IMG/VR virus record: IMGVR_UViG_3300044630_003363
Location: 1 to 55,893 of that record
Direction: 5' to 3' (one strand)
DNA: 55,893 bases
Origin: a virus
Taxonomy: Duplodnaviria; Caudoviricetes
Shown in pieces: positions 27,001 to 36,527 of the stretch (its first letter is position 1; each line of letters opens with the position of its first letter). The position numbers and the translations under genes were made by a program. The notes under the pieces were generated by a model, which saw nothing but the letters and a program-made list of their open reading frames with translations, was not told the DNA's origin and searched no databases.

Positions 27001-29018
27001 CTACGGGTAAAATTATTATTAAAACAGTAAATTACGGTGAGAACTTTACAGGTGTAAATCCTAACGAATTGGATTGTAAAGGAAAAGAATTTATAAATGA
27101 TAAAATAATAGTTAATGGAAAAAGTTTAAAAGAATATTCACCTATAGCATTTTATTGTAGACAATCTAAGTTTAGTGTGGATTATACCAATAAACCAATT
27201 CCCGAAACACCTAAACCAACACCAATACCTGAACCTGTTAAACCTGTTACTATAACCGTACCTGGTAAACCATCAAGAAAACCGGCAATTGACCCAATGA
27301 AGAGAATTATTATGAAAACTCTTTCTGAATGTCATTACTTTAAAAAACTTGAGGAGGATTCTCCACTTCAATTTAAATCTCTAAAAGAAAAATTAAAATA
27401 TTTTCATCCCGGTTTCCACTCAACAACACCCGAAGGATTAAATGCTAGATTAACATTTATGCTTCAATGTATTAGACCGGGAGATACTATACCTGTTAAG
27501 GGTATTGCCGACCAAAATGATGTAGCGGCAAGAAATACATCATTCGGACCTCCACCTGTTTGTGTTTTAAGAATTGGTGATTTTTACCATTCAAAAATTA
27601 TAATAAGAGATGTAAACATTTCATACGATGATAATGTTTGGGATTTAAATCCTGAAGGTATTGGAGTACAACCAATGATTGCTAATGTTACATGTTCAAT
27701 CGCATTTATTGGTGGTCAAGGATTGTCAAAACCCGTTGAGAGATTACAAAACGCATTATCATCTAATTTCTTTGCTAATACTGAAATGTATGATGAAAGG
27801 TCAATAGCAACGAATGAAACAATTGGTGGTAAACCAGCGGCTGAGTTTACCAAAACATTTTTAGAATCTCTTAATATTCCATCACAAGTCTCACCAAAAG
27901 CAGACCCAAATCCTAAGACTAACAACATCAATGAAAGTTATATTGCAGCAGAACAAAACTTACCTGAATTAGTCTACACAAAAAATATTGATGAGGTGTT
28001 TACAAAAACCAAGAACTATTTTGACAAATATGTTAGTACATATAATAATGTAGTTACAAAATATGGTACTGAAATTAGTACAATGTTACTACACCCAAAT
28101 TATAGAGAAATAAAAAATTATGACATTTACACATTAACTAGTTCAACGCCAGGAAAAACATTACAGTTATTTGGATTAACTAAAAAAGGACTAGAAACTG
28201 ATTTTTTATTAAAGGGTCTTGAAGTTGGATTAGTAAATTTTATAGATAATTCATCAACAACTTATTTATCTGAAATGTTAGGTTTTGAAAAAGAAATATC
28301 GGGTTCAATATCGGGTTCAAAATTAATAGACATGAATGAAAAAATATTAAAACCATTCTTTTCTACTTTAACCCAAACAGTATTAGATGAAATTAGTAAT
28401 GAAAATTTATTAACAGAACTTGAATCAAATAGAAATGCTTTAGTTAAATCTCTTGATAGTGTTAATTTCATTGTAAAATTTTCAAAAGATAGTTTTGTAA
28501 AGGATACAAAGGTTACAACATCTACATTATCTGGGTTCACATCTGATTTACTATATAATGAATATAAAACATGTATTGAATATATTGAAACAAATACACC
28601 AAAAATGTACGAAGATTTAAATAGTACTGTTAGTTTAGTTAACCCAATTATCACTCAATTACAATTTGAAGGAATAATGAAACAATTACTTTTCACAAAA
28701 TATAGTGATGTTGAAAATTACTTTAATAATAAACCATCAGCACCATATAGTAATTTATTAAAAATAGATTCGACTTTATACCCCGAAAAAACTGTAAAAA
28801 AATTATTAAAAAGAGTTGAGAAATTTAACGAACCAACAGATAAAAAGAAATTTAAATTTACAACCTTTAAAAATAGAAAAAGTAGTAAAGACATTAAATT
28901 TAAAATAAATGTAACTGCAGTTGAAACTGATGCAACAATTATTGAAGAATCAAATAAAGTACATTCAGATAATTTGGAAGTAAAAGATAATAAACTTAAT
29001 TACTATAGAAAAACATAA
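24090..29018 (+). CDS. Large baseplate/tube-initiator protein (gp48/gp54-like fold) with an inserted OmpA-like segment
   Basis: FPPYDLKISE...LGRPEPIYTYQDTSRTGQLSF and PPVCVLRIGDFY...PMIANVT tube-like halves; YNEKLALRRSHSI between them. Confidence 0.6.
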   Translation: MPTYLDFDTSRNKSGIPDSKDGFRDYLIARTLNVPNGPQTFTNANYAVQKLRDMSNQDLGGVPSFSVSAPYFDLSANLYGIDEPNGVPREYSDLSLPSLALLNNGFIAKGYSNSFIKEDTNLVSIMSGQKFDNDSRLMKFATSNIRDNKQGPVFSRIQRNLEAATIGRVRVIDALNGNTATALNLLTGREPLIEFNNRVTVSSTLLGKGVDFLQTVVGTQLPFSEIPGDYLSNPRNPIENRPEARTQVGAILQDVTGVIGSMVGIQRRPKITRKPSDLFIEYMGQGPKQSLFDLLTYSKYAPNYTTTARSQQSSKIFQFADRVGEGIKNLLGLEAPKGLAYMGDDRSNDVRHTMSDFNDNVVKSSYYLSLMFDPVAASLFERKRSISQGGQIGGKLTWISRNSINKLGANNAEWESESGKLNESLSTKFGFRQDSILDKTQQLLDSMPKGGEGSRTHVGNVIDQTSRIFKEGDTVMSRGSNIKYTDKFSGEETGVEYCRVWTKDRSYMNYSDTMKRTANIRKFDDSVLGGESRVWNINYAPMSDGNKNFEGVSTNIFKQGDGFYAKKYMFSIENLAWKTSNTPGFTYNDLPYCERGNNGGRVMWFPPYDLKISENNSARWNDNTFLGRPEPIYTYQDTSRTGQLSFKVVVDHPSILNLLVREHFKNMNDDEADNYIDAFFAGCIDLDFYALIRKYAHLDSSDISMIKAFLNNNKEPDAILEYMPAVDSPVNLDPSGGGNGSSSGKDDNKISVKNINLKYANDIPGPNLQTLKSPNKYSDLYTSFITPSGSTEYQDTLVSLLQLMTGKTDPQIILETSYVFGTKKTNGATPPVVSITDSEIGEQKTKIAGYFTEAKKNYETYISALNELKTNLGNNTTGDITIEIESSCSSVATTQYNEKLALRRSHSIIQDIFNIIKSGSTIPKIQWVEGNEIIPTNKTNSDNDIVLIEKGKPIKITKEYNIKDLGYTSNSTGKIIIKTVNYGENFTGVNPNELDCKGKEFINDKIIVNGKSLKEYSPIAFYCRQSKFSVDYTNKPIPETPKPTPIPEPVKPVTITVPGKPSRKPAIDPMKRIIMKTLSECHYFKKLEEDSPLQFKSLKEKLKYFHPGFHSTTPEGLNARLTFMLQCIRPGDTIPVKGIADQNDVAARNTSFGPPPVCVLRIGDFYHSKIIIRDVNISYDDNVWDLNPEGIGVQPMIANVTCSIAFIGGQGLSKPVERLQNALSSNFFANTEMYDERSIATNETIGGKPAAEFTKTFLESLNIPSQVSPKADPNPKTNNINESYIAAEQNLPELVYTKNIDEVFTKTKNYFDKYVSTYNNVVTKYGTEISTMLLHPNYREIKNYDIYTLTSSTPGKTLQLFGLTKKGLETDFLLKGLEVGLVNFIDNSSTTYLSEMLGFEKEISGSISGSKLIDMNEKILKPFFSTLTQTVLDEISNENLLTELESNRNALVKSLDSVNFIVKFSKDSFVKDTKVTTSTLSGFTSDLLYNEYKTCIEYIETNTPKMYEDLNSTVSLVNPIITQLQFEGIMKQLLFTKYSDVENYFNNKPSAPYSNLLKIDSTLYPEKTVKKLLKRVEKFNEPTDKKKFKFTTFKNRKSSKDIKFKINVTAVETDATIIEESNKVHSDNLEVKDNKLNYYRKT

Positions 29019-29344
29019 TGAGTAGAGAATATTTTGATAGATACCAATTTTTCATCGATGATGGTAAATTTAGGATTGTTCCTGGGTTGGAACTACCTAT
29101 TAAAACAACCGATAAATATGTTTTTTATAAAAGAGGTAAGGATAGATTAGATAAACTTTCACAAGACCATTATAATACACCAATTTTTGGTTGGTTGATT
29201 TTGTTAGCAAACCCGACTGCGGGTAGTATTGAGTTTACCATACCTGATAATTTTTTAATGAGAATACCGTTTCCATTGGTTGTGTCTTTACAAGATTACA
29301 AAAGAAGTGTAGAATTGTATAACCTATATTATGGAGAACAATAA
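29018..29344 (+). CDS. Baseplate wedge protein, LysM-like (gp53/gpX-like)
   Basis: DRLDKLSQDHYNTPIFGWLILLANP...LMRIP. Confidence 0.8.
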   Translation: MSREYFDRYQFFIDDGKFRIVPGLELPIKTTDKYVFYKRGKDRLDKLSQDHYNTPIFGWLILLANPTAGSIEFTIPDNFLMRIPFPLVVSLQDYKRSVELYNLYYGEQ

Positions 29345-32300
29345 AGATTTATCAAATAGTGAGAACATACTTGTTAAAGTAGACCAAAACAATCTAATAT
29401 TTGTTGACCCAAATAGTGTAGTTGATAGTGACGGTGCCATTCAACCAAGGGGAATAAAACAGGAAAATTTAGTAATGTATGTGAACTTGGAAGCTGATTT
29501 AGTTCCGAGAACAACACTTATTGCTGATGGTGGACAAGGAAACACTCTTCTTAGTATAGCAAAAGGAAATTTAAACTTCCTAAAAAATCAAACAGGTGAC
29601 GGCAATTTTAATACTTCATGGTCTGAAGCGTATAATCCAGCACAACCGACAGATGCTAATGGAAACACCAAGCCGTTTGACCCAAATCAATTTATAGATG
29701 ATTCTGGACAAAGTTTTGGTATTGATTCTATTTCAATATCGGTAAAAGGGGCAACCTTTGTACCCCAAGCAACAATAAATTTTGTTGATGTAAGAGGTAA
29801 AACATTATTTGAATCGGCATATAATTCTCCATATAAAGCATTTTTTCATCTTCCTTGGCCAATATTTTATTTAACGGTTAAAGGATATTACGGTAAAGCT
29901 ATTAGATACCGTCTTCATATGACAAAATTTTCATCTAGATTTAATGAAAGTAATGGTAATTTTGAAGTAACAACAACATTTGTTGGTTCTACATTTGCTT
30001 ATTTAAATGATATTTCATTATCATCAATTGCTAATTGTCCTTACATGTATTTGGTTGAAAAACTTGAAGACAAAAAATGGAATGAGTCAAAAGGAAGATA
30101 TACAAAAAATGTTAATAGAAGTTCAAGGGGTTACTCAATATTAAAATCAATCTATGAACAGTATGAAAATAGAGGGTTAGTTCCAAAAGGAACATTTATA
30201 AGAGGTAACGAACCAGTTAAAACATTAAAAGATATTGGGTATATCGCCGAATCTTTAGATAAGATTTTAGAAAAACAAATTTTTAATAGTGTTGTTGATA
30301 TGAAGGTATTCCAAGGAATAAAAGAAATTGGTGAAACCCTTACGGATTTTGAAACCTCAATTAAGGGGTGGGGAAAATTATATCTATCAAATACAGATTT
30401 TGTTCCATATCCCACAACAACAGTTAATGGGGTGGTATCGATTGAAAATTGGTACTATTATTCCGGTAAAGATAAAAACAGTACAGAAAAGTTATTAGGT
30501 AAGGATATTCAAGGGACATTAGAACAGCTACTTAATTTATATACCACAAAATTAAATAGTTCAACATTACTAACTAACGATATTAAAAAGGATAATAACA
30601 AACCTGCAATAGATAAAAGTAAGGTTAGAGCGGATTTTAAAAAGGTGGCAATAAAAAAAATACAGTCTATTTCTGCGTATTATAAAACTATTGATAATGG
30701 ATTTATATTAGTTGGTATTGATAATTTAATTTCAGACATATATGAAGTAATCAAATCATTCGAAGAACAAAAAAATATTTTGGAGGATGATGTTGAAAAA
30801 CAAATGAACATCATCATTAAAGACCCAAAACAAGGGTTTGGATTTGAACCAACAATAAGAAATATTTTTGCAATACTATTGGCAAACGCTGAAGTTTATA
30901 TTAGATTAATGAAAGAGGTACACACTAATTCATTTGATTCATCGAAAGATAGAGCAAAAATTATTGGTAACTTAAATAAAGAGAATAAAGGGGATGCTAT
31001 ATTTCCATGGCCTGAGGTTAGAAAACCGGTGGCAATGGGTAAACAAAATGTTGTGGCATATCCCGCTGAACCCGAACTAATAGATAGATTAAAATCAAAC
31101 GATAAAGTTTTATGGCCAGAGGTTGAGTTTGTTGAGGAATATATGAAAATCGTAACAGGTAGGAAAGATACTAATGTAAAAAAAGAACCTACTGTTAGTG
31201 ATATTGAATATTTGTTTGAATCGGATATTGATTATTCATCAATTAATGATATATCTGGAGTAGATATTATTACCGACATTGTACCATATACCGACAAAAC
31301 AAACGCATCATTTGTGTATGAAATATATGAAAGAGCCAAATATCTTACATTATTTGATTCCTTCAATAATAACCTTCTAAGACTTTTGGTTCAAGAGGAG
31401 AAAAAGAATATTGAAACGGTAATTAAGGATGATACAGATTTAATTAATTTACTTAAAAAATTTAACACAGGTATACCAAGTTTAATTAATGGGACTAAAA
31501 CCTCAGTAATTCCAAATGGAACAACAACACCAGAAGAAAAAATAATATTTAATGGTCTTTTACCTTCATTATCCCCATATGAGAGATTTAATTATTTTAG
31601 AGACCATATACCAACAACAAACTACATTAAAGATGTACTTGACGAACCTTTTAAATTTACATCAAATTATTCACAGTCTTTTAACACACTCAGTAGATTA
31701 GGTACTAAAAAATCTATAGATTCGGAAGATGAAATAAATAATATTCTAAAAAATTACGAACCTGAACAATATAGACCTTCTATTTACCCATTCAACTCAG
31801 ATACCTATTTGGGTTATTTAAAAAAGAATAGTACAGCAAATCCAAAAGTTACGGGTTCAACATTTACGATTGATGATTTAAAATATAAAGGTACATCAAA
31901 TACCGGAATATTTCGAGTTGACTCAACAATAGGATTTATTGTTACACCATCAAATCCAAAATCATGGGTTCAAAGTGGATACATAGATAATATGTTTCTA
32001 AAACAAATGGTTAATAAAGATGTCACAACAACAGTTAGTATTCTTAATACTCCATATTTTCACAAACAATTATATTCTGATTTTAACAAAGATGAACAGT
32101 ACGGGAGATATGCGGGTTCAGCTTATTTACTTTTAAATTCATTACCATTTTTAAATTTGGATGATAATATTACATTTGATGGTAAAACCATTTTAATGTC
32201 ATCTCTTTTTAGAGAAATGTCATCAACACATTTTGTTCCGTATCATTTATTATTAAAATGGGGTTCAATATATCACAGATACAAGAAAAAAATATTAGAC

Positions 32301-35258
32301 GGTGTTGATATTCTTGATGGATTTTTAGATACAAGTAATATAACCCAACCAATTAACGGTAGTTTATTTTTTGATTTAACATTAAATCAAACATTTAGTG
32401 TAACACCAAGAGAGAACACAACAACAGGAACAACCATTAATGTTGTTCATTCAGGAAATACCAATGTTGGTATTAATCCCACATACCAAGCAGTTTATAA
32501 TCAAATTGTAAAAGGTTATGTCACATATGATATTATATCAGGTAACACATCTTATAATCAGAGAACCAATTCTGGCCACATTTTACATACAAAGAATACA
32601 TCATCGAATAATATTAATTATTGGTCAGTTATTACCGATAATTCAAAATACACTTCAACTGATTTAACTTATACATTATTACCTTCTAATGGGTCAAGTA
32701 AAAACAACTCATCAGAATTATTTAATAATGCTGAACAAAATAATTTTAGAACTATTTGGTTTAATGACGACATAATAGGTGATATATTTTCAGGAAAAAC
32801 ATTTGCATCATCTTCTCAATATCCAAGAAGTATTAATATTACAAATGACCAATACGATGATTTATTTTCTGTTGATACGAACTATAGAAAAGTAATAGAT
32901 TTAATTGGAACTTTTAGTCCAAAAATTTTGGATAATCTTGAAATGATGTTTTTAGATTTTGCTTCTGAAAAATCAAACGATGAAAACCCGTACCAATTGT
33001 TTAATAATGTTACTTATGATAAATTCCAATACATTCTAAAAGATTTATCCGTTATTACAAAGAAAACGGGAGATGATACAATAGGTATTGAAGAATTAAT
33101 TAAGAATTTAAAAACCAGACAAGAAGAAAGTTCTAAAAAAATAACACAATCAATTTTAGACAATTCTAACATAATAAGATTTACATCTTCAAATCCAAAG
33201 GAAATAGATGCATACACTTTTTATGGTATGGCGAATTTTGATTTATTAACAAGATATTCAGTCGAACCTTATAATTCATCAGACAATACGGGTACAAATC
33301 AAAATCTTATAAAATTATATATTGGTGAAGATATTGATAATTATTATTTTGGTTTCTTCCCAACGAATGATGTTAGATTAACTGAAGAAAATATTTTAAG
33401 ATATCGACCATTAGTTTTAATTTATGCTGGTTATTTAAAAAATGGAGGAATAAATACTAAAGTTAAATTTGGTGAATATATTAGAGATAATATTTTAAAG
33501 CCAGGTGATACGGTAACAAATAGGGCTGCGGGTGCTGATGAAAGACTAAAGACTTATTTAACTGAATTATTATTACTAATAAGTAAGAGAAATGAAATAA
33601 CAAAACAAGGTGAAAATAAACTTATAAAAATAGGTCAAGGTTATAATACCAATCAAGTAAAATTAGAACTTTATAATACATTTAAATCATTTAATGATAA
33701 GTGGACTTCAGGTAATTCAATTGGACAGAGATTATTATTAGAAGAATTTTTATTTTTAGATAAAGCAAATAGAGATATTGGAGATAAATTTTATCTAAAC
33801 ATCAGTAAAATCTCAACTCTATTATTACCACAAAACCAAGGTGTAAATTTATACAGCGCAATTGCAATATTAATTCAGGATACTGGATTAGATATGAGAG
33901 CGTTACCAGCATACGTAAATTTTTATGGAACAAATGTAAATAATAAAAGTAAAATTACACCATCTAAAAAAGTTGCAAAAAATTTATTTGGAACATTTTT
34001 AGAGGTTGACTATCAAGAATCTTCACCAAAAATTATAATACAATTAGTTGGACAATCATCAAAACATTTAGCCGACATGGAGGATAAAACCTATAGATTT
34101 TCGGATGATAGTTTTTACATTGGTTCGGTAAATAATAATCCATTGGTTGTTACAACATTAGAAGGTTTTGGAACTAACGATTTGAGTAAAATTAATAAAG
34201 TCGTTGCATTTGAAGTAAGTTTTGGTGACCAAAACCAAGGTATATTTAAAGGTGTGTCGTTAGACCAATCATCATTAAAAAATACCTCAGAATCTTTTGT
34301 TGTAATAGAAAATTTGGCTAGGTCAGAATCTGGTGCTGGTGGTTATAATGTTGATGTTGGTTTATTTGATTATTATAAACAAGCTTCATACAAATGTGAA
34401 GTTACATGTATGGGTAATGTGATGATACAACCAACTATGTTCTTCTATCTTAAAAATATCCCAATGTTTAGGGGTTCATATTGGATAACTGAAGTTAGTC
34501 ACGATATTAGAGGTAATTCAATTAGTACTAAATTTACGGGAACAAGAATACCATATACATCTTTACCTGACCCAACGGATTCTTTTGTGTCTAGTTATAG
34601 GGTTTTATTTGATAAATTAATGTCAAGAGCAACCGCAGTTTTAAAACAAGATGAGAAACCGGGACCAAAAACTGAAGATACAATCACCGGAGAAAATGAC
34701 ATAACATATGCAATAGATAAGGGTGGCGTTAAAATTGATAATGAATCAAATACAAAAGGTAGTAATTCAAATACCATAGTTGGAATGACATCATTTGGTG
34801 TTCCATTCAACGGTTTCAACGACGAAAAGTTAATTCAAAAAATTGATAACCCATCATATGTTCACGAAGGTAGTAGTACATGGTTAAGAACAATAGTTGT
34901 TAAAGCTGGTGGTGAGACTGGAAACACTTTAACTCCCGATACAACAATGAACATTGCGAACGGTTTAAAATGGTCTGAAATCAATCTAAAAGATAAATTT
35001 TATAGTACTCACTTTGATTTAAAATCGGTAAGTGCGGAAACAATTAGAGGTGGAGTAACAGAGTTTATAAATCCAAATATTAAAAATTCTAAGGTTTATA
35101 CATTAAATCCAAGTTATACATTTACAGGAACAACCGTAACACAGGGACCAATAAGTAATGGTCCCAAATCAAATAAATACGGAATGTCAATGTCGGCACC
35201 ATTAATGTCCAGCTTAGGTTTATACGAAAATCAAGTTATTTACTTTAGAATTAAGTAA
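29331..35258 (+). CDS. Giant baseplate hub protein (gp27/gpD-like ends with a large insertion)
   Basis: FGIDSISI..PQATINFVDVRG N-terminus; CEVTCMGNVMIQPTMFFYL...GSYWITEVSHDI..STKFTGTR C-terminus. Confidence 0.65.
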   Translation: MENNKDLSNSENILVKVDQNNLIFVDPNSVVDSDGAIQPRGIKQENLVMYVNLEADLVPRTTLIADGGQGNTLLSIAKGNLNFLKNQTGDGNFNTSWSEAYNPAQPTDANGNTKPFDPNQFIDDSGQSFGIDSISISVKGATFVPQATINFVDVRGKTLFESAYNSPYKAFFHLPWPIFYLTVKGYYGKAIRYRLHMTKFSSRFNESNGNFEVTTTFVGSTFAYLNDISLSSIANCPYMYLVEKLEDKKWNESKGRYTKNVNRSSRGYSILKSIYEQYENRGLVPKGTFIRGNEPVKTLKDIGYIAESLDKILEKQIFNSVVDMKVFQGIKEIGETLTDFETSIKGWGKLYLSNTDFVPYPTTTVNGVVSIENWYYYSGKDKNSTEKLLGKDIQGTLEQLLNLYTTKLNSSTLLTNDIKKDNNKPAIDKSKVRADFKKVAIKKIQSISAYYKTIDNGFILVGIDNLISDIYEVIKSFEEQKNILEDDVEKQMNIIIKDPKQGFGFEPTIRNIFAILLANAEVYIRLMKEVHTNSFDSSKDRAKIIGNLNKENKGDAIFPWPEVRKPVAMGKQNVVAYPAEPELIDRLKSNDKVLWPEVEFVEEYMKIVTGRKDTNVKKEPTVSDIEYLFESDIDYSSINDISGVDIITDIVPYTDKTNASFVYEIYERAKYLTLFDSFNNNLLRLLVQEEKKNIETVIKDDTDLINLLKKFNTGIPSLINGTKTSVIPNGTTTPEEKIIFNGLLPSLSPYERFNYFRDHIPTTNYIKDVLDEPFKFTSNYSQSFNTLSRLGTKKSIDSEDEINNILKNYEPEQYRPSIYPFNSDTYLGYLKKNSTANPKVTGSTFTIDDLKYKGTSNTGIFRVDSTIGFIVTPSNPKSWVQSGYIDNMFLKQMVNKDVTTTVSILNTPYFHKQLYSDFNKDEQYGRYAGSAYLLLNSLPFLNLDDNITFDGKTILMSSLFREMSSTHFVPYHLLLKWGSIYHRYKKKILDGVDILDGFLDTSNITQPINGSLFFDLTLNQTFSVTPRENTTTGTTINVVHSGNTNVGINPTYQAVYNQIVKGYVTYDIISGNTSYNQRTNSGHILHTKNTSSNNINYWSVITDNSKYTSTDLTYTLLPSNGSSKNNSSELFNNAEQNNFRTIWFNDDIIGDIFSGKTFASSSQYPRSINITNDQYDDLFSVDTNYRKVIDLIGTFSPKILDNLEMMFLDFASEKSNDENPYQLFNNVTYDKFQYILKDLSVITKKTGDDTIGIEELIKNLKTRQEESSKKITQSILDNSNIIRFTSSNPKEIDAYTFYGMANFDLLTRYSVEPYNSSDNTGTNQNLIKLYIGEDIDNYYFGFFPTNDVRLTEENILRYRPLVLIYAGYLKNGGINTKVKFGEYIRDNILKPGDTVTNRAAGADERLKTYLTELLLLISKRNEITKQGENKLIKIGQGYNTNQVKLELYNTFKSFNDKWTSGNSIGQRLLLEEFLFLDKANRDIGDKFYLNISKISTLLLPQNQGVNLYSAIAILIQDTGLDMRALPAYVNFYGTNVNNKSKITPSKKVAKNLFGTFLEVDYQESSPKIIIQLVGQSSKHLADMEDKTYRFSDDSFYIGSVNNNPLVVTTLEGFGTNDLSKINKVVAFEVSFGDQNQGIFKGVSLDQSSLKNTSESFVVIENLARSESGAGGYNVDVGLFDYYKQASYKCEVTCMGNVMIQPTMFFYLKNIPMFRGSYWITEVSHDIRGNSISTKFTGTRIPYTSLPDPTDSFVSSYRVLFDKLMSRATAVLKQDEKPGPKTEDTITGENDITYAIDKGGVKIDNESNTKGSNSNTIVGMTSFGVPFNGFNDEKLIQKIDNPSYVHEGSSTWLRTIVVKAGGETGNTLTPDTTMNIANGLKWSEINLKDKFYSTHFDLKSVSAETIRGGVTEFINPNIKNSKVYTLNPSYTFTGTTVTQGPISNGPKSNKYGMSMSAPLMSSLGLYENQVIYFRIK

Positions 35259-35305
35259 AATCAAGAAGTTTTTCACTTTATTAGATATTTATAGAATAAA
35301 ATACT

Positions 35306-35512
35306 ATGGATAAGGATAAAATAAATAATAGTTTAAATAACTATTATTCAAAACCAAAAAATGTACAAGCTATTTCAAATGATGGAATGGAAAGACAAGA
35401 ATGTGATATTCAAACAGGTGAATGTTATATTATCAGGTCAAAAGACGGTATCGTAGAAAGAATAAATAAAAAAGTAATTACCGAAGACGGTAGACAACTC
35501 TTACAAGATTAA
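35306..35512 (+). CDS. Small hypothetical late protein
   Basis: ORF behind TATTTATA (35286); ECDIQTGEC motif. Confidence 0.75.
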   Translation: MDKDKINNSLNNYYSKPKNVQAISNDGMERQECDIQTGECYIIRSKDGIVERINKKVITEDGRQLLQD

Positions 35513-35516
35513 TATT

Positions 35517-36155
35517 ATGAACCAAATAGAAAAGAAATTATTAGAAGAAGTTGCAAGATTTAGAGCAATTAACAAATATGCAAAGAATCTTTTGAACGAA
35601 CAAGATGTACCAATGGATGCGGGATTACCACCGGCAGATGCTGGAGCACCACCAATGGATGCGGGATTACCACCGGCAGATGCTGGAGCACCACCAATGG
35701 ATGCGGGATTACCACCGGCAGATGACAACAATACTGAAGAGATTGACATCACAGATTTAGTTAATATGACCAAATCAATTAAGAAAGATGTTGATGATAG
35801 TAAATCGGAACATATAGGTGTTACTGAGAAAATGGATAGTGTATTTAGTAAGTTAACTGATTTAGAACAAAAATTAGCTCAAATGGATATGGTTATGGAT
35901 AAGATTGATAGATTAGATACTAAAATCGACACTATGAAAGAAAAAACACCAGAACAAAAATTGGAATTACGTTCTTTAGATTCATATCCTTTTAATCAAA
36001 ATCCACAAGAATTTTTTAGTCAAAAACAAGGTGAAATGAAAGCATCGGGTAAAGATGATTATATTTTAACCAAACAAGATGTTAATGATTATTCAATGGA
36101 TATGATAAAAAATAGTTTTAACTCTGAAGAACAAGAAGATGAATTTAAGTACTAA
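35517..36155 (+). CDS. Acidic coiled-coil protein with Pro/Ala/Asp repeat (possible scaffold/internal head protein)
   Basis: LLEEVARFRAINKY..LLNEQ N-terminus, PMDAGLPPADAGAP repeats, heptad region. Confidence 0.6.
   Translation: MNQIEKKLLEEVARFRAINKYAKNLLNEQDVPMDAGLPPADAGAPPMDAGLPPADAGAPPMDAGLPPADDNNTEEIDITDLVNMTKSIKKDVDDSKSEHIGVTEKMDSVFSKLTDLEQKLAQMDMVMDKIDRLDTKIDTMKEKTPEQKLELRSLDSYPFNQNPQEFFSQKQGEMKASGKDDYILTKQDVNDYSMDMIKNSFNSEEQEDEFKY
35610..35724 (+). repeat. Perfect 42-bp in-frame tandem repeat (about 2.7 copies)
   Basis: CCAATGGATGCGGGATTACCACCGGCAGATGCTGGAGCACCA at 35610 and 35652, partial at 35694. Confidence 0.95.
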
Positions 36156-36510
36156 AGTAAACTTATTTTTAGGTATTCACGCCCAATTGAAGGTACTTCA
36201 TTGGCAAACAAAAGGATATGCTAGACATAACGCTTTTGCTCAAACTAGAGACGAATTGGAAGAATTAATGGATTCATTTGTTGAGGAAGCAATGGGTAAA
36301 TACGGTAGATTCTCATTAGATGATGAAACCAAAAACATTGAATTATTTAACCTAACTGACCTAAAACCAACAGAAATGGTGGAAACAATTTGTCAAGCAT
36401 TGGTTGGTTTTACCGAGGAATTAGACCCGATTGATACAAATTTATTAAATATTCGTGACGAAATGTTAGGTTTATTCCAAAAATTAAAGTATCTTTTAAC
36501 ATTAGAATAA
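36139..36510 (+). CDS. Ferritin/Dps-like four-helix protein (DUF5856-like)
   Basis: LHWQTKGYARHNAF...D.FVE..MGKYGR...LLNIRDEML...KYLLTL. Confidence 0.75.
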   Translation: MNLSTKVNLFLGIHAQLKVLHWQTKGYARHNAFAQTRDELEELMDSFVEEAMGKYGRFSLDDETKNIELFNLTDLKPTEMVETICQALVGFTEELDPIDTNLLNIRDEMLGLFQKLKYLLTLE

Positions 36511-36527
36511 AAAAATAAGTATTAGAA

